Shown: positions 7,222 through 15,713 of the stretch, one piece after another
How the letters are laid out: every line of letters starts with the position of its first letter
Numbering within the stretch: the first letter of the stretch is position 1
DNA from: a virus
Taxonomy: Duplodnaviria > Caudoviricetes
Direction: 5' to 3' (one strand)
Virus record (IMG/VR): IMGVR_UViG_3300031519_000025
Location: 1-57,963 of that record
Length of the DNA stretch: 57,963 nucleotides
The notes under the pieces: generated by a model
The model's input: the letters and a program-made list of their open reading frames with translations, nothing else
The model's database searches: none
What the model was told of the DNA's origin: nothing
Position numbers and translations under genes: made by a program

Positions 7222-7266
7222 CATGGTATTATGTTAAAGTTTCAAAAAATAAATTATGGCAGATCA

Positions 7267-7289
7267 AAAACGACTAAGCAAAGATAATA
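7267..7289 (+). promoter_or_regulatory. Class I promoter-like motif, copy 7 (upstream of sigma gene)
   Basis: AAAACGA-ctaagca-AAGATAATA. Confidence 0.7.
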
Positions 7290-7300
7290 ATTGTAACGAT

Positions 7301-7411
7301 ATGAATAAAATTGAAAAATTTAATGAGTGGATGCTGAAAATACATAACGAGCACTACTCGGACAACCAAGCTATGATAGCTGCATACCAAAAAATAAATG
7401 AAAAAATATAA
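7301..7411 (+). CDS. Small peptide (36 aa) overlapping sigma start
   Basis: MNKIEKFNEWMLKIHNEHYSDNQAMIAAYQKINEKI*. Confidence 0.45.
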   Translation: MNKIEKFNEWMLKIHNEHYSDNQAMIAAYQKINEKI

Positions 7412-8168
7412 TATTGATAACTATGTAAGATACCAAAAAGATCTTAAAGAAACGTTAAACAATTTACCCGGTGTATTCTTTGACGAATATACTCGAGACC
7501 AACTTATAACTAAGTTCATGCCCCTAACAGAAAACCTTGCACGTAAATTTGCAACATCACATCAAGCCATAGGAGTGCTATCAATTAACGATCTGATACA
7601 AGCAGGTCACATCGGCTTAATAAATGCTGTAGATAAGATTGACTGGCTAGTTTTAAACAGTTCTAGTAACATAGAACAAACTATCAAGAGTTTCCTATCA
7701 AAGCGAATTAAGGGCACAATTAGGCGCTACATTAATCATAACATGGGAGATATAAAAATTCCTGAATGGAAGATCAATGAGGTACGCAAAAGTCCAAGCA
7801 ACCCCGCAATTAATAATTTGCTAAGCAAATCTAAGTCGATGTATTTAGGTGACTTTACAATGAACAGCGATGATGACAGCGGTGCAGTAATTGAAATAGA
7901 AGATGACTCTACCGAGTACAATGTAGATCTTATGAATGAGTATATAATTGCTTTACTAAGAAAACATTTAACAGAGCGTGAGCAAGATGTAATACGATTA
8001 AGTTATGGTCTTGATTGCGACAAGCACGATGCTGTAGAAATATGCTCTATATTGGGTATAGAAGGATCTTATAAAAAGAAAGGTGTAAGAATTTCCGAAA
8101 TAAAACGCAAGGCGATTGATAAGTTAATTGAGAAGACAAATGACGCGCAACTACCTGATTTACTTTAA
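7398..8168 (+). CDS. Phage RNA polymerase sigma factor (sigma70 family)
   Basis: Region 2 MPLTENLARKF...DLIQAGHIGLINAVDK...FLSKRIKGTIRR; region 4 LTEREQDVIRLSYGL...EI..ILG...RISEIKRKAIDKL. Confidence 0.9.
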   Translation: MKKYNIDNYVRYQKDLKETLNNLPGVFFDEYTRDQLITKFMPLTENLARKFATSHQAIGVLSINDLIQAGHIGLINAVDKIDWLVLNSSSNIEQTIKSFLSKRIKGTIRRYINHNMGDIKIPEWKINEVRKSPSNPAINNLLSKSKSMYLGDFTMNSDDDSGAVIEIEDDSTEYNVDLMNEYIIALLRKHLTEREQDVIRLSYGLDCDKHDAVEICSILGIEGSYKKKGVRISEIKRKAIDKLIEKTNDAQLPDLL

Positions 8169-8188
8169 TTTATAATTAAAAATAAAGC

Positions 8189-8217
8189 GTAGTTTATTTA
8201 AAAAATGTGTAATTATA
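8189..8217 (+). promoter_or_regulatory. Class II promoter-like motif driving recombination/replication genes
   Basis: GTAG-tttatttaaaaaatgt(16)-GTAATTATA immediately after sigma gene. Confidence 0.75.
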
Positions 8218-8258
8218 TATATAACACCAAAGTATTTAAACCAATAAAAACTATATAA

Positions 8259-8831
8259 ATGAAATCAAATTTAAAAATGAAATTAGCCAATATTCAGGTT
8301 AATCTTAAAGCTAAAAAATCCAGATACAATGGGTTTGGTAAATACAATTACCGTGCTGCAGAAGATATCCTTGAGGCTATAAAACCTTTCTTAGATAATG
8401 AGAAAGTGTCTGTGACTATTACCGAAGAAATGATATCCTTCGATCCACCCGTATTAAAATCAACAGCGAGCATACACGATGCGGAATCTGACGATGCTAT
8501 ACATACCTGTGCGATTGTCGGTGTCGATCTAATGTCAAAGGGTATGAGTATGCCGCAAAAATACGGTGCAGCCTCATCTTATGGCAAGAAATATGCGTTA
8601 GGTAACTTACTTTTAATTGATGATACAGCAGATGCAGACGCGTCTAACGATCACTCAGGCAAAACCGCTAAAGTTACGTTAACATCTAAAAAAGATCCGT
8701 TGTTTGCTAAAGCAATCAAGTTTGTTTCCGAGGGAGGCGCTGTGTCGGCTATCGCTGGCAAGTATGATCTTAGCAAGGAAATAAAGAAAGCTTTAGAAGA
8801 TGCTCAGCCTATTAAAACCGAAACGCTGTAA
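8259..8831 (+). CDS. Erf-family single-strand annealing protein
   Basis: K...N.FGKYNYR.AEDILEAIKP...Q.YGAASSY.KKYAL..L.LIDD..DAD. Confidence 0.85.
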   Translation: MKSNLKMKLANIQVNLKAKKSRYNGFGKYNYRAAEDILEAIKPFLDNEKVSVTITEEMISFDPPVLKSTASIHDAESDDAIHTCAIVGVDLMSKGMSMPQKYGAASSYGKKYALGNLLLIDDTADADASNDHSGKTAKVTLTSKKDPLFAKAIKFVSEGGAVSAIAGKYDLSKEIKKALEDAQPIKTETL

Positions 8832-9583
8832 TGACTAAAGCCGAACAGAAAAAAGTAGTAAAGCTACTTAGACAAGACGCGGAATATTACGACGGAGTAG
8901 GTAGGCAGTATAGATCTAACTCAGATATATACAAGCTACTCAACGACCCGGAGCAATTTGGAAAGCCGAGTGAACAAAACATCAATTTCGTTATTGGTGG
9001 TTACATTCACACGGCAATCCTTGAGCCGGAAAAACTAGAAGCTAACTATCCTGTATCAGAAGGATCAAGTAGGCTAACAAAAATTTACAAAGCAGATGTT
9101 GTGGCTAACGACGGCAAGATGATGATCTTACGTAAAGAGGTAGACAGCTGCAACCTAATGATTAACAAAATCAAAAACAATTCAGTATGTCAATCTTTAT
9201 TAACAGGTCAAGACGTTATATACGAAGAACCTGGAATCAAAAGTATTAATAACACCTGGTGGAAAGGTAAAGCCGATTGTATCAACAAAGATCAAGGTTT
9301 GATTGTAGATATAAAAACTACGGGCGATATAAACCGTTTTAGAAAGAGCGCTAGTATATACAACTATGACAGTCAAGCATACTTATATAAAGAAATATTT
9401 GGCTATGATATAGTTTTCCTTGTAGTATGTAAGAAGACACATCAAATAGCCGTGTATGATTGTTCTGAAGAGTTTTACGATCGTGGTAGTTACAAAGTCA
9501 AGTTAGCTATGGAACAATACGAAAAGCTAATAGCTGATCCACTATTTGATCTTAAAGATTACGTTAAACAAGGAACGTTATAG
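8831..9583 (+). CDS. PD-(D/E)xK exonuclease, RecE/ExoVIII-like (DUF3799-type)
   Basis: SNSDI..LL..P, G..IHTAILEP, KGKAD...IVDIKTT, YD.QAYLY; adjacent to Erf. Confidence 0.8.
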   Translation: MTKAEQKKVVKLLRQDAEYYDGVGRQYRSNSDIYKLLNDPEQFGKPSEQNINFVIGGYIHTAILEPEKLEANYPVSEGSSRLTKIYKADVVANDGKMMILRKEVDSCNLMINKIKNNSVCQSLLTGQDVIYEEPGIKSINNTWWKGKADCINKDQGLIVDIKTTGDINRFRKSASIYNYDSQAYLYKEIFGYDIVFLVVCKKTHQIAVYDCSEEFYDRGSYKVKLAMEQYEKLIADPLFDLKDYVKQGTL

Positions 9584-9593
9584 ATGCATAACA

Positions 9594-9616
9594 AAAACGA
9601 TTACCAATAGATAATG
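9594..9616 (+). promoter_or_regulatory. Class I promoter-like motif, copy 8
   Basis: AAAACGA-ttaccaa-TAGATAATG. Confidence 0.7.
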
Positions 9617-9811
9617 AATATGAATCCAATTAAATATATAAAAATGCAAAGAACACCAAAACAAACCTGTACTGTGACAGGATTAAAAACCGCAGAGACT
9701 AACTTTTATGCTAACCAAACTCATGTAAAAGCCGTTGACAACCTTCGACGAAACACGGGCACGACAAAAGAACAATTAACAAGGATGTTTAACCAATTAA
9801 AAACTTATTAA
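9614..9811 (+). CDS. Hypothetical protein (true start probably MQRTPK at 9644)
   Basis: CTVTG...FY..Q.HVKAVDN.RR; first ATG overlaps the promoter motif. Confidence 0.65.
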   Translation: MNMNPIKYIKMQRTPKQTCTVTGLKTAETNFYANQTHVKAVDNLRRNTGTTKEQLTRMFNQLKTY

Positions 9812-9814
9812 ATT

Positions 9815-10129
9815 ATGGCAAGTATTATGAAAGCAAACATAGATCTAAATAAAATCCCTAAGGATAAGATCTACAAAGGAAAGAAAGGTAACTATTTACC
9901 AATCGTTATTACAATAAACGATGAACTAGGAAACTATGGCGACAGTGGTCCCATAATTGTAGAACAAACTAAAGACGAGCGTGACGCTAAGGCTGATAAA
10001 GTTTATTTAGGTAATGTAAAAATCGTATGGACTAACGGTACGAACGTTGATGCAGCACCTAAAGAAGATAACCAACAGCAATCAGCACCAAGAGCTGTTG
10101 CAGTAGAAGACGACGGCCTGCCTTTTTAG
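9815..10129 (+). CDS. Putative single-stranded DNA-binding protein
   Basis: IDLNKIPK....GKKG.YL core plus acidic DDGLPF C-terminal tip; next to Erf and primase. Confidence 0.7.
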   Translation: MASIMKANIDLNKIPKDKIYKGKKGNYLPIVITINDELGNYGDSGPIIVEQTKDERDAKADKVYLGNVKIVWTNGTNVDAAPKEDNQQQSAPRAVAVEDDGLPF

Positions 10130-10224
10130 TGACAGAGCAATGCGAAATGTGTAATGAAGTTATGACTAAGTGTGACTTTAATTATTGCGATATCTGTCCG
10201 GACTGCTTAGACGAATCAAATTAA
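10129..10224 (+). CDS. Tiny Zn-finger-like peptide (31 aa, GTG start)
   Basis: VTEQCEMCNEVMTKCDFNYCDICPDCLDESN*. Confidence 0.5.
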   Translation: MTEQCEMCNEVMTKCDFNYCDICPDCLDESN

Positions 10225-10236
10225 ATTAATCTTATT

Positions 10237-10268
10237 GGGAGTATATAGAAATGTATGCTCCCTTTTTT
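10237..10268 (+). terminator. Intrinsic terminator
   Basis: GGGAGTATAT-AGAA-ATGTATGCTCCC hairpin followed by TTTTTT. Confidence 0.7.
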
Positions 10269-10282
10269 AACCCATATAAATA

Positions 10283-11989
10283 ATGGTAAGAGAAATCAAC
10301 GGCTTTGTAATTGACGAGTACAATGTACACAAGCTAGAAGAGAAGACACAAGGTGTATGCCCTATGTGTTCTCATGACCGGAAACCTAAGAATCAAAAAG
10401 CTAAATGCGCTTCTTATGACTGGGATAGAGGTATTGGTACGTGTCACAACTGCAATAAGCCTTTTCAATTGCATACCTTTAAACGCAAAGGTAAAGCAGA
10501 AAAAGTATACGAAAAACCTAAACCTTTTGTAGAAGCACCTGTATCATCTAAAGTGGTTGAGTGGTTTGAATCGAGAGGGATCAGTGCAGAAACACTGAAA
10601 GATGTAAGAGTAACTGAAGGTCAAACTTATATGCCTCAGACTCAAAAGAATGAAAATGCTATACATTTCAATTACTTCATGGGCGGTGAGTTAACAAACA
10701 TCAAATACAGAGATGCACGTAAAAACTTTAAGCTCGTATCAGGCGCTGAAAAAGTATTCTATAATATAGATGCCACAGTTGGCTTTGAATATTGTATAAT
10801 AGTTGAAGGCGAAATGGATGTATTAGCCCTGCACGAAGCGGGTATAACAAACGCTATATCAGTACCGAATGGCGCAACCTTAAATAATAATAACCTTGAT
10901 TATCTTGATAATTGTATTGATTATTTTGAAGACAAAGAGAAGATCATATTAGCTGTTGATACAGACGATGCTGGATTAGCATTGCAAACTGAGCTAATAC
11001 GTAGATTAGGCTCTGAAGTGTGCTTCATAACAACATTTGAAGACTGTAAGGATGCTAACGAATATTTACAAAAGTATGGAAAAGAAAAACTATCAGAGCG
11101 TATTACGGGAGCAAACCCTGTACCAATGGAGAATGTTACGACGTTTAGGGATATCGAAGACGAAGTTACCGACTTTGTACGCAATGGCTTTACACCAGGA
11201 TTTCAGATTGGGCTTGAAGACTTTGATAATATCTTTTCAACTTATACCGGTCAATTTATTACTGTCACTGGTATTCCTTCTTCCGGAAAGAGTGATTTTG
11301 TGGACCAAATGGTTGTGGGATATAACAAACGCTACAATTGGAAGACAGCGTACGCTTCGCCTGAAAATGTACCGACCTTTCTACACGCCCACAAATTAAT
11401 GCGTAAAACCTGGGAGGGTATGCCTGCTAAGGAAGATATTGGAGGAGACAAGTGGAACAGAATAGCGGATCACTGTAATGCTAATTACTTTCACATTGAT
11501 ATGGAAAGATATTCTCTGGAAGCTGTGCTTAAAAAAGGTGCAGAACTTGTTAAGCGTAAAGGTATTAAGTGTTTAGTAATAGATCCATTTAACAAAGTGC
11601 GCGATACAAATGCAGCGAGTGACGATGTTAATCGATATACTATGGATTACTTAACAAAGATAGAAGTCTTTGCCAAAAAGTACGATGTACTTGTATTTGT
11701 AGTTGCTCACCCTACTAAAATGTATAAGAATCAAAAGACCGGCGAAATTGATGAGCCTACAATGTATTCTATTAAAGGAGGAGGAGAATGGTATGATGCT
11801 AGTTATCACGGGCTATTAGTGCACAGAGATTACGAAGCCAACACTGTTAAAGTAAAAGTGCTTAAGTGCAAGTTTCAAAATCTAGGTACTAACGGAGCTG
11901 AAACACATTTCACTTGGGAAAACAAAAGTGGTTGTTATATACCGCTAAACAAACCAGATGAAGAAAAAATGCCTTGGGAAAATGCCTAA
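10283..11989 (+). CDS. DNA primase-helicase (T7 gp4/Twinkle-like)
   Basis: Zn ribbon CPMC..CHNC; TOPRIM VEGEMD, AVDTDDAG; Walker A GIPSSGKS; VIDP, VAHP motifs. Confidence 0.92.
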   Translation: MVREINGFVIDEYNVHKLEEKTQGVCPMCSHDRKPKNQKAKCASYDWDRGIGTCHNCNKPFQLHTFKRKGKAEKVYEKPKPFVEAPVSSKVVEWFESRGISAETLKDVRVTEGQTYMPQTQKNENAIHFNYFMGGELTNIKYRDARKNFKLVSGAEKVFYNIDATVGFEYCIIVEGEMDVLALHEAGITNAISVPNGATLNNNNLDYLDNCIDYFEDKEKIILAVDTDDAGLALQTELIRRLGSEVCFITTFEDCKDANEYLQKYGKEKLSERITGANPVPMENVTTFRDIEDEVTDFVRNGFTPGFQIGLEDFDNIFSTYTGQFITVTGIPSSGKSDFVDQMVVGYNKRYNWKTAYASPENVPTFLHAHKLMRKTWEGMPAKEDIGGDKWNRIADHCNANYFHIDMERYSLEAVLKKGAELVKRKGIKCLVIDPFNKVRDTNAASDDVNRYTMDYLTKIEVFAKKYDVLVFVVAHPTKMYKNQKTGEIDEPTMYSIKGGGEWYDASYHGLLVHRDYEANTVKVKVLKCKFQNLGTNGAETHFTWENKSGCYIPLNKPDEEKMPWENA

Positions 11990-12236
11990 AGCTAAAGTAA
12001 GCATGATGGGCAAGCACAACCCAAGCGAAGAAGAAGAAGCTGCAAGACGTTGGTGTATTAATAATAATATAAGAATATCACCTTCGGCAGTAGGCGCTGG
12101 AACACCTACCAGATGGATATTAGTATTAGATCTTAATGGTAAGATAGTTAACGGCCCAGATCAATTAGCAAAAAACGAAGTGTGGATTAAAATGTACGAG
12201 TATTATATGTATTATTATAAAAAATCAAATCAATGA
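11958..12236 (+). CDS. Hypothetical protein (start may be MPKAK at 11982)
   Basis: WCINNNIRISP...IW.K.YEYY.YYY-type pattern; fills operon. Confidence 0.65.
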   Translation: MKKKCLGKMPKAKVSMMGKHNPSEEEEAARRWCINNNIRISPSAVGAGTPTRWILVLDLNGKIVNGPDQLAKNEVWIKMYEYYMYYYKKSNQ

Positions 12237-12445
12237 AAACAAAAGAAGTAACATTTAGAGACCCTATAATTGAAAAAGTATGCGATCAATTAGTTAGTAG
12301 ATCCGATGTAGGATATAAAAAGTATGGTGTAACTTTAGAAAAAGATGCTCCTGACTTACAGAAGTGGTTACAACACTTACAAGAAGAACTATTAGACGCT
12401 GCTAATTACGTAGAAAAACTAAAAAGTGTATTAAGCAATGACTAA
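12233..12445 (+). CDS. Small helical nucleotide-metabolism-associated protein
   Basis: DP....RS..G..KYG.TL....WL.HLQEELLDAANY pattern, MazG-like acidic helix. Confidence 0.55.
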   Translation: MKTKEVTFRDPIIEKVCDQLVSRSDVGYKKYGVTLEKDAPDLQKWLQHLQEELLDAANYVEKLKSVLSND

Positions 12446-13262
12446 TATAGAAGAAGAATATAAATATCTTATGGCAGAGATTCTATACAGAGGATCTGAA
12501 AAGAAAGATAGAACAGGTACAGGTACAAAGTCTGTATTTGGCAGAACTATTAGACATAATATGGATTTAGGTTTTCCTATGCTTACATCAAAAAAAATAA
12601 GCTTCAATGCTGTAAGAACTGAATTACTTTGGATATTGCAAGGTAGAACTGATCTTAAGTATTTAGAGGAAAACGGTGTTAAGTATTGGAGGCCAGACTA
12701 CGAACGCTCTGGCAGAACAGATGAAACACTAGGCCCTGTATATGGCAAACAATGGAGAGATTTTAATGGAGTGGATCAACTTTACAAGCTCATCGATGCT
12801 ATACGCTATGATTCTAATAGTCGTCGCATGATGGTTTCAGCCTGGAATGTTAGCGAACTAAGTGATATGGTTTTACCTCCGTGTCATTACGGCTTTCAAG
12901 TTTACGTAAATAACGGTGTTATGGATTTAATGTGGCAACAAAGATCAGCTGACTTTTTTCTTGGCCTGCCGTACGATATTGCAATGTATGGCTTACTACT
13001 AGAGATGTTGGCTAAAGGCTCTAATTTGATCCCTGGGCAGCTAATAGGACAGCTTGGAGACTGCCATTTGTATAACAATCATTTAGATCAAGCTAAAGAG
13101 TATTTAAGTAGGCCACGACGAGTTATGCCTTCGCTAAGATTGCATGATGGTTTGTCTATTAGCTATGACAGTCGCGTATGTATTCCAGATGCTGAAGATA
13201 TTGAATTAATCAAGTATAATCCCCTGCCAGCTATAAAAGCTCCTTTGAGCGTTGGCAACTAA
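12438..13262 (+). CDS. thyA: Thymidylate synthase
   Basis: DRTGTGT, GPVYGKQWR, LPPCH, QRSAD.FLG.PY, GDCHLY.NH. Confidence 0.95.
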   Translation: MTNIEEEYKYLMAEILYRGSEKKDRTGTGTKSVFGRTIRHNMDLGFPMLTSKKISFNAVRTELLWILQGRTDLKYLEENGVKYWRPDYERSGRTDETLGPVYGKQWRDFNGVDQLYKLIDAIRYDSNSRRMMVSAWNVSELSDMVLPPCHYGFQVYVNNGVMDLMWQQRSADFFLGLPYDIAMYGLLLEMLAKGSNLIPGQLIGQLGDCHLYNNHLDQAKEYLSRPRRVMPSLRLHDGLSISYDSRVCIPDAEDIELIKYNPLPAIKAPLSVGN

Positions 13263-13274
13263 AACAATTAAATT

Positions 13275-14138
13275 ATGAGTAAAGATAAAAGATATTATTT
13301 ATACCACGTTAAAGGTTTAAAAATAGGAGTAACAAACAACGTGAAGCGAAGAGTTGAAGAAGAGCAAGGATTTGCACCCGAAGAATATGAAATATTAGCT
13401 AGTAGTGCAGACAAAGAAATAATTTCTAAAATGGAATTTGATCAGCAAAGAAAGTTTGGTTATTCAACAGATAGAGAAAGCTATGCTCAAGCTACTAGGC
13501 CAAAGCAACCGTATGCAGGTGATAAGCCTAATGTAACAGACCAAACAGTAACATTCCCGTGTCCTATAGTAAAGCTAGACGGATGGATGCGATCTAAATT
13601 ACCCTTATCTATAACAATACCAAACAAAGGAGTTGCTTTGGTAACATTAGAAAACCTAAACGAAGTTATGGATCTTGTTCAAACTTCTCAGTGGCGTAAA
13701 GAAAGATGTTACATATACAATAATAAATTATATGATGCATGTAAAACGCAAACCATACAAGGATCAAATGATTTTATGAGTATGACAGTCAACGAGCCCT
13801 CTTATGCTTACGACTACAAACCTACAGCAGCTTGTGGCAAATGTGTATTTCCTAAAATACGTGAGTGGGCTAAAGAGCGCGGTATATTTGACAAAGGTGA
13901 TGTCAAAACACAATACGTTAAGTTAATGGAGGAAGCTGGTGAAGTTGCTAAAGCTTTGCTAACTAATGACAAAGCCGAGATAAAAGATGGTATTGGTGAT
14001 ATGAGTATCGCTCTGACTAACTTAGCACATTTATCAGGCTTTACTATAGAAGAATGTATTGAGGCCGCTTACGAGGTTATAAGCAAGCGTCAGGGTGCAA
14101 TGGTTAACGGAACTTTTGTAAAGAATGAAACGCTTTAA
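13275..14138 (+). CDS. GIY-YIG-like N-terminus fused to MazG-like NTP pyrophosphohydrolase
   Basis: N-term YYLYH....KIGVT....RR; C-term IREWA.ERG...Q..KL.EE.GE.A......IKDGIGD....AY..I..R.G.M.NG.FVK. Confidence 0.7.
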   Translation: MSKDKRYYLYHVKGLKIGVTNNVKRRVEEEQGFAPEEYEILASSADKEIISKMEFDQQRKFGYSTDRESYAQATRPKQPYAGDKPNVTDQTVTFPCPIVKLDGWMRSKLPLSITIPNKGVALVTLENLNEVMDLVQTSQWRKERCYIYNNKLYDACKTQTIQGSNDFMSMTVNEPSYAYDYKPTAACGKCVFPKIREWAKERGIFDKGDVKTQYVKLMEEAGEVAKALLTNDKAEIKDGIGDMSIALTNLAHLSGFTIEECIEAAYEVISKRQGAMVNGTFVKNETL

Positions 14139-14574
14139 AAAGTCAAAAAAGAAAGGTCCTGTCCGCGCTAAAAAGGTTAGTGCCGACGGGATCCAATTCA
14201 GATCAGGACTTGAGAAGCATACTTACTTAGCACTAAAAGAAGCTAACCTATTTGAATTATACGAAGACGAAGTATTTAAAACCCTGGAAGGTTTCACATT
14301 CCCTAATGAATCTATTGAAAAGCAATCTAATGGCAAGGGAGAGTTTAAAAATCGAGGTGCTAAAAAAATACTTGGCATTAAATACACACCGGATTTTACT
14401 GGTTATGATTACATAATCGAATGCAAAGGAAGAGCTAACGAGCAATTTCCTTTACGTTGGAAACTATTTAAAAGATGGTGTGTTAACAATGGAGAAACCA
14501 GAACACTATATAAACCTCAAAACCAAACAGATGTAGCGGCAATGATAAAACTTATATTAGATGGCAGAAAATAA
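14125..14574 (+). CDS. Endonuclease, T7 endonuclease I-like (putative resolvase)
   Basis: FRSGLE...YTPDF....IIECKG PD-(D/E)xK motif. Confidence 0.75.
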   Translation: MKRFKKSKKKGPVRAKKVSADGIQFRSGLEKHTYLALKEANLFELYEDEVFKTLEGFTFPNESIEKQSNGKGEFKNRGAKKILGIKYTPDFTGYDYIIECKGRANEQFPLRWKLFKRWCVNNGETRTLYKPQNQTDVAAMIKLILDGRK

Positions 14575-14716
14575 AAACAATAAATACTTAGCTAGAAAAG
14601 CTTATGGAGAAAGGCATATAGACAAATGGGTAAAATGGTCTTGGGCTAATACAGGTCGTATATCCTGGAGGGAGCTAGTAAAAAAACAAAATGAATTTAA
14701 CATAAAAATATATTAA
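14561..14716 (+). CDS. Small hypothetical protein (51 aa)
   Basis: MAENKNNKYLARKAYGERHIDKWVKWSW...KIY* fills gap before nrdB. Confidence 0.55.
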   Translation: MAENKNNKYLARKAYGERHIDKWVKWSWANTGRISWRELVKKQNEFNIKIY

Positions 14717-14718
14717 CA

Positions 14719-15687
14719 ATGGGATTATTTGATGAGAGAATAGCTTACAAACCTTTTGAGTATCCGGAGTACTACACAGAGGGTTGGCTGAAACAAGCAC
14801 AGGCATTCTGGTTACACACCGAAATATCAATGCAAAGCGATATTAAAGACTGGAATGAAAAGCTTACAGAAAAAGAAAAACATTTAGTAGGAAATATACT
14901 ATTAGGTTTTGCACAAACGGAATGCGCTGTGTCTGATTACTGGACACAAAAAGTTGTGGGATGGTTTCCAAAGCACGAGATACAACAAATGGCTATGATG
15001 TTTGGATCGCAAGAAACAATACATGCAGTAGCATATAGTTATTTGAATGAAACATTAAAACTAGAAGACTATGAAGCCTTTTTACACGAGCCTGCTACGG
15101 CAGATAGATTTGATAACTTGGTGGCATACAGCGGCGATTCTCATGTTGGTATTGCGAAGTCGTTGGCGGTATTTAGTGCCTTCGCGGAGGGTGTCAGTTT
15201 GTATTCTGCTTTTGCTGTCTTGTATTCTTTTCAGTTACGGAATCTACTTAAAGGGATAGGGCAACAAATGAAATGGTCAGTAAGAGATGAATCACTGCAC
15301 AGTAAAATGGGATGTAGATTGTTCCGCCACATGTGCGAAGAAGATGATCAATTACTGCACTTATGCAGAGAAGATATAATAACAGCTGCCGAAACAATGG
15401 TAAGGCTAGAAGTAAAGTATATAGATAAGATGTTTGAGATGGGGGATATAGAAGGTATATCTTCAAATGATCTTAAGCACTTCATTAAAAAAAGAACAAA
15501 TGAAAAACTTGTGGAACTTGGTTATGTCGACTTGGGAAACTATTTTGCGTATGACAAACAAGCAGCGGGCAATCTTGATTGGTTCTATCATCTTACCGGG
15601 GGGGTTACTCACACTGACTTTTTTGCAACTAGGCCGACTGATTACTCGAAAGCGGGCGAAGGAGAAGACTACGAAGATATTTGGTAA
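14719..15687 (+). CDS. nrdB: Ribonucleotide reductase class Ia beta subunit
   Basis: FW...EI, QETIHAVAY (radical Tyr), EGVSLYSAF, RDESLH. Confidence 0.93.
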   Translation: MGLFDERIAYKPFEYPEYYTEGWLKQAQAFWLHTEISMQSDIKDWNEKLTEKEKHLVGNILLGFAQTECAVSDYWTQKVVGWFPKHEIQQMAMMFGSQETIHAVAYSYLNETLKLEDYEAFLHEPATADRFDNLVAYSGDSHVGIAKSLAVFSAFAEGVSLYSAFAVLYSFQLRNLLKGIGQQMKWSVRDESLHSKMGCRLFRHMCEEDDQLLHLCREDIITAAETMVRLEVKYIDKMFEMGDIEGISSNDLKHFIKKRTNEKLVELGYVDLGNYFAYDKQAAGNLDWFYHLTGGVTHTDFFATRPTDYSKAGEGEDYEDIW

Positions 15688-15713
15688 TAATAAAAATAAA
15701 TAAATAAATAAAT

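Noticed and set aside
337-9616. Class I repeats as a CRISPR array
   Set aside because: Copies are hundreds to thousands of nt apart, separated by genes, with a variable centre; no cas genes
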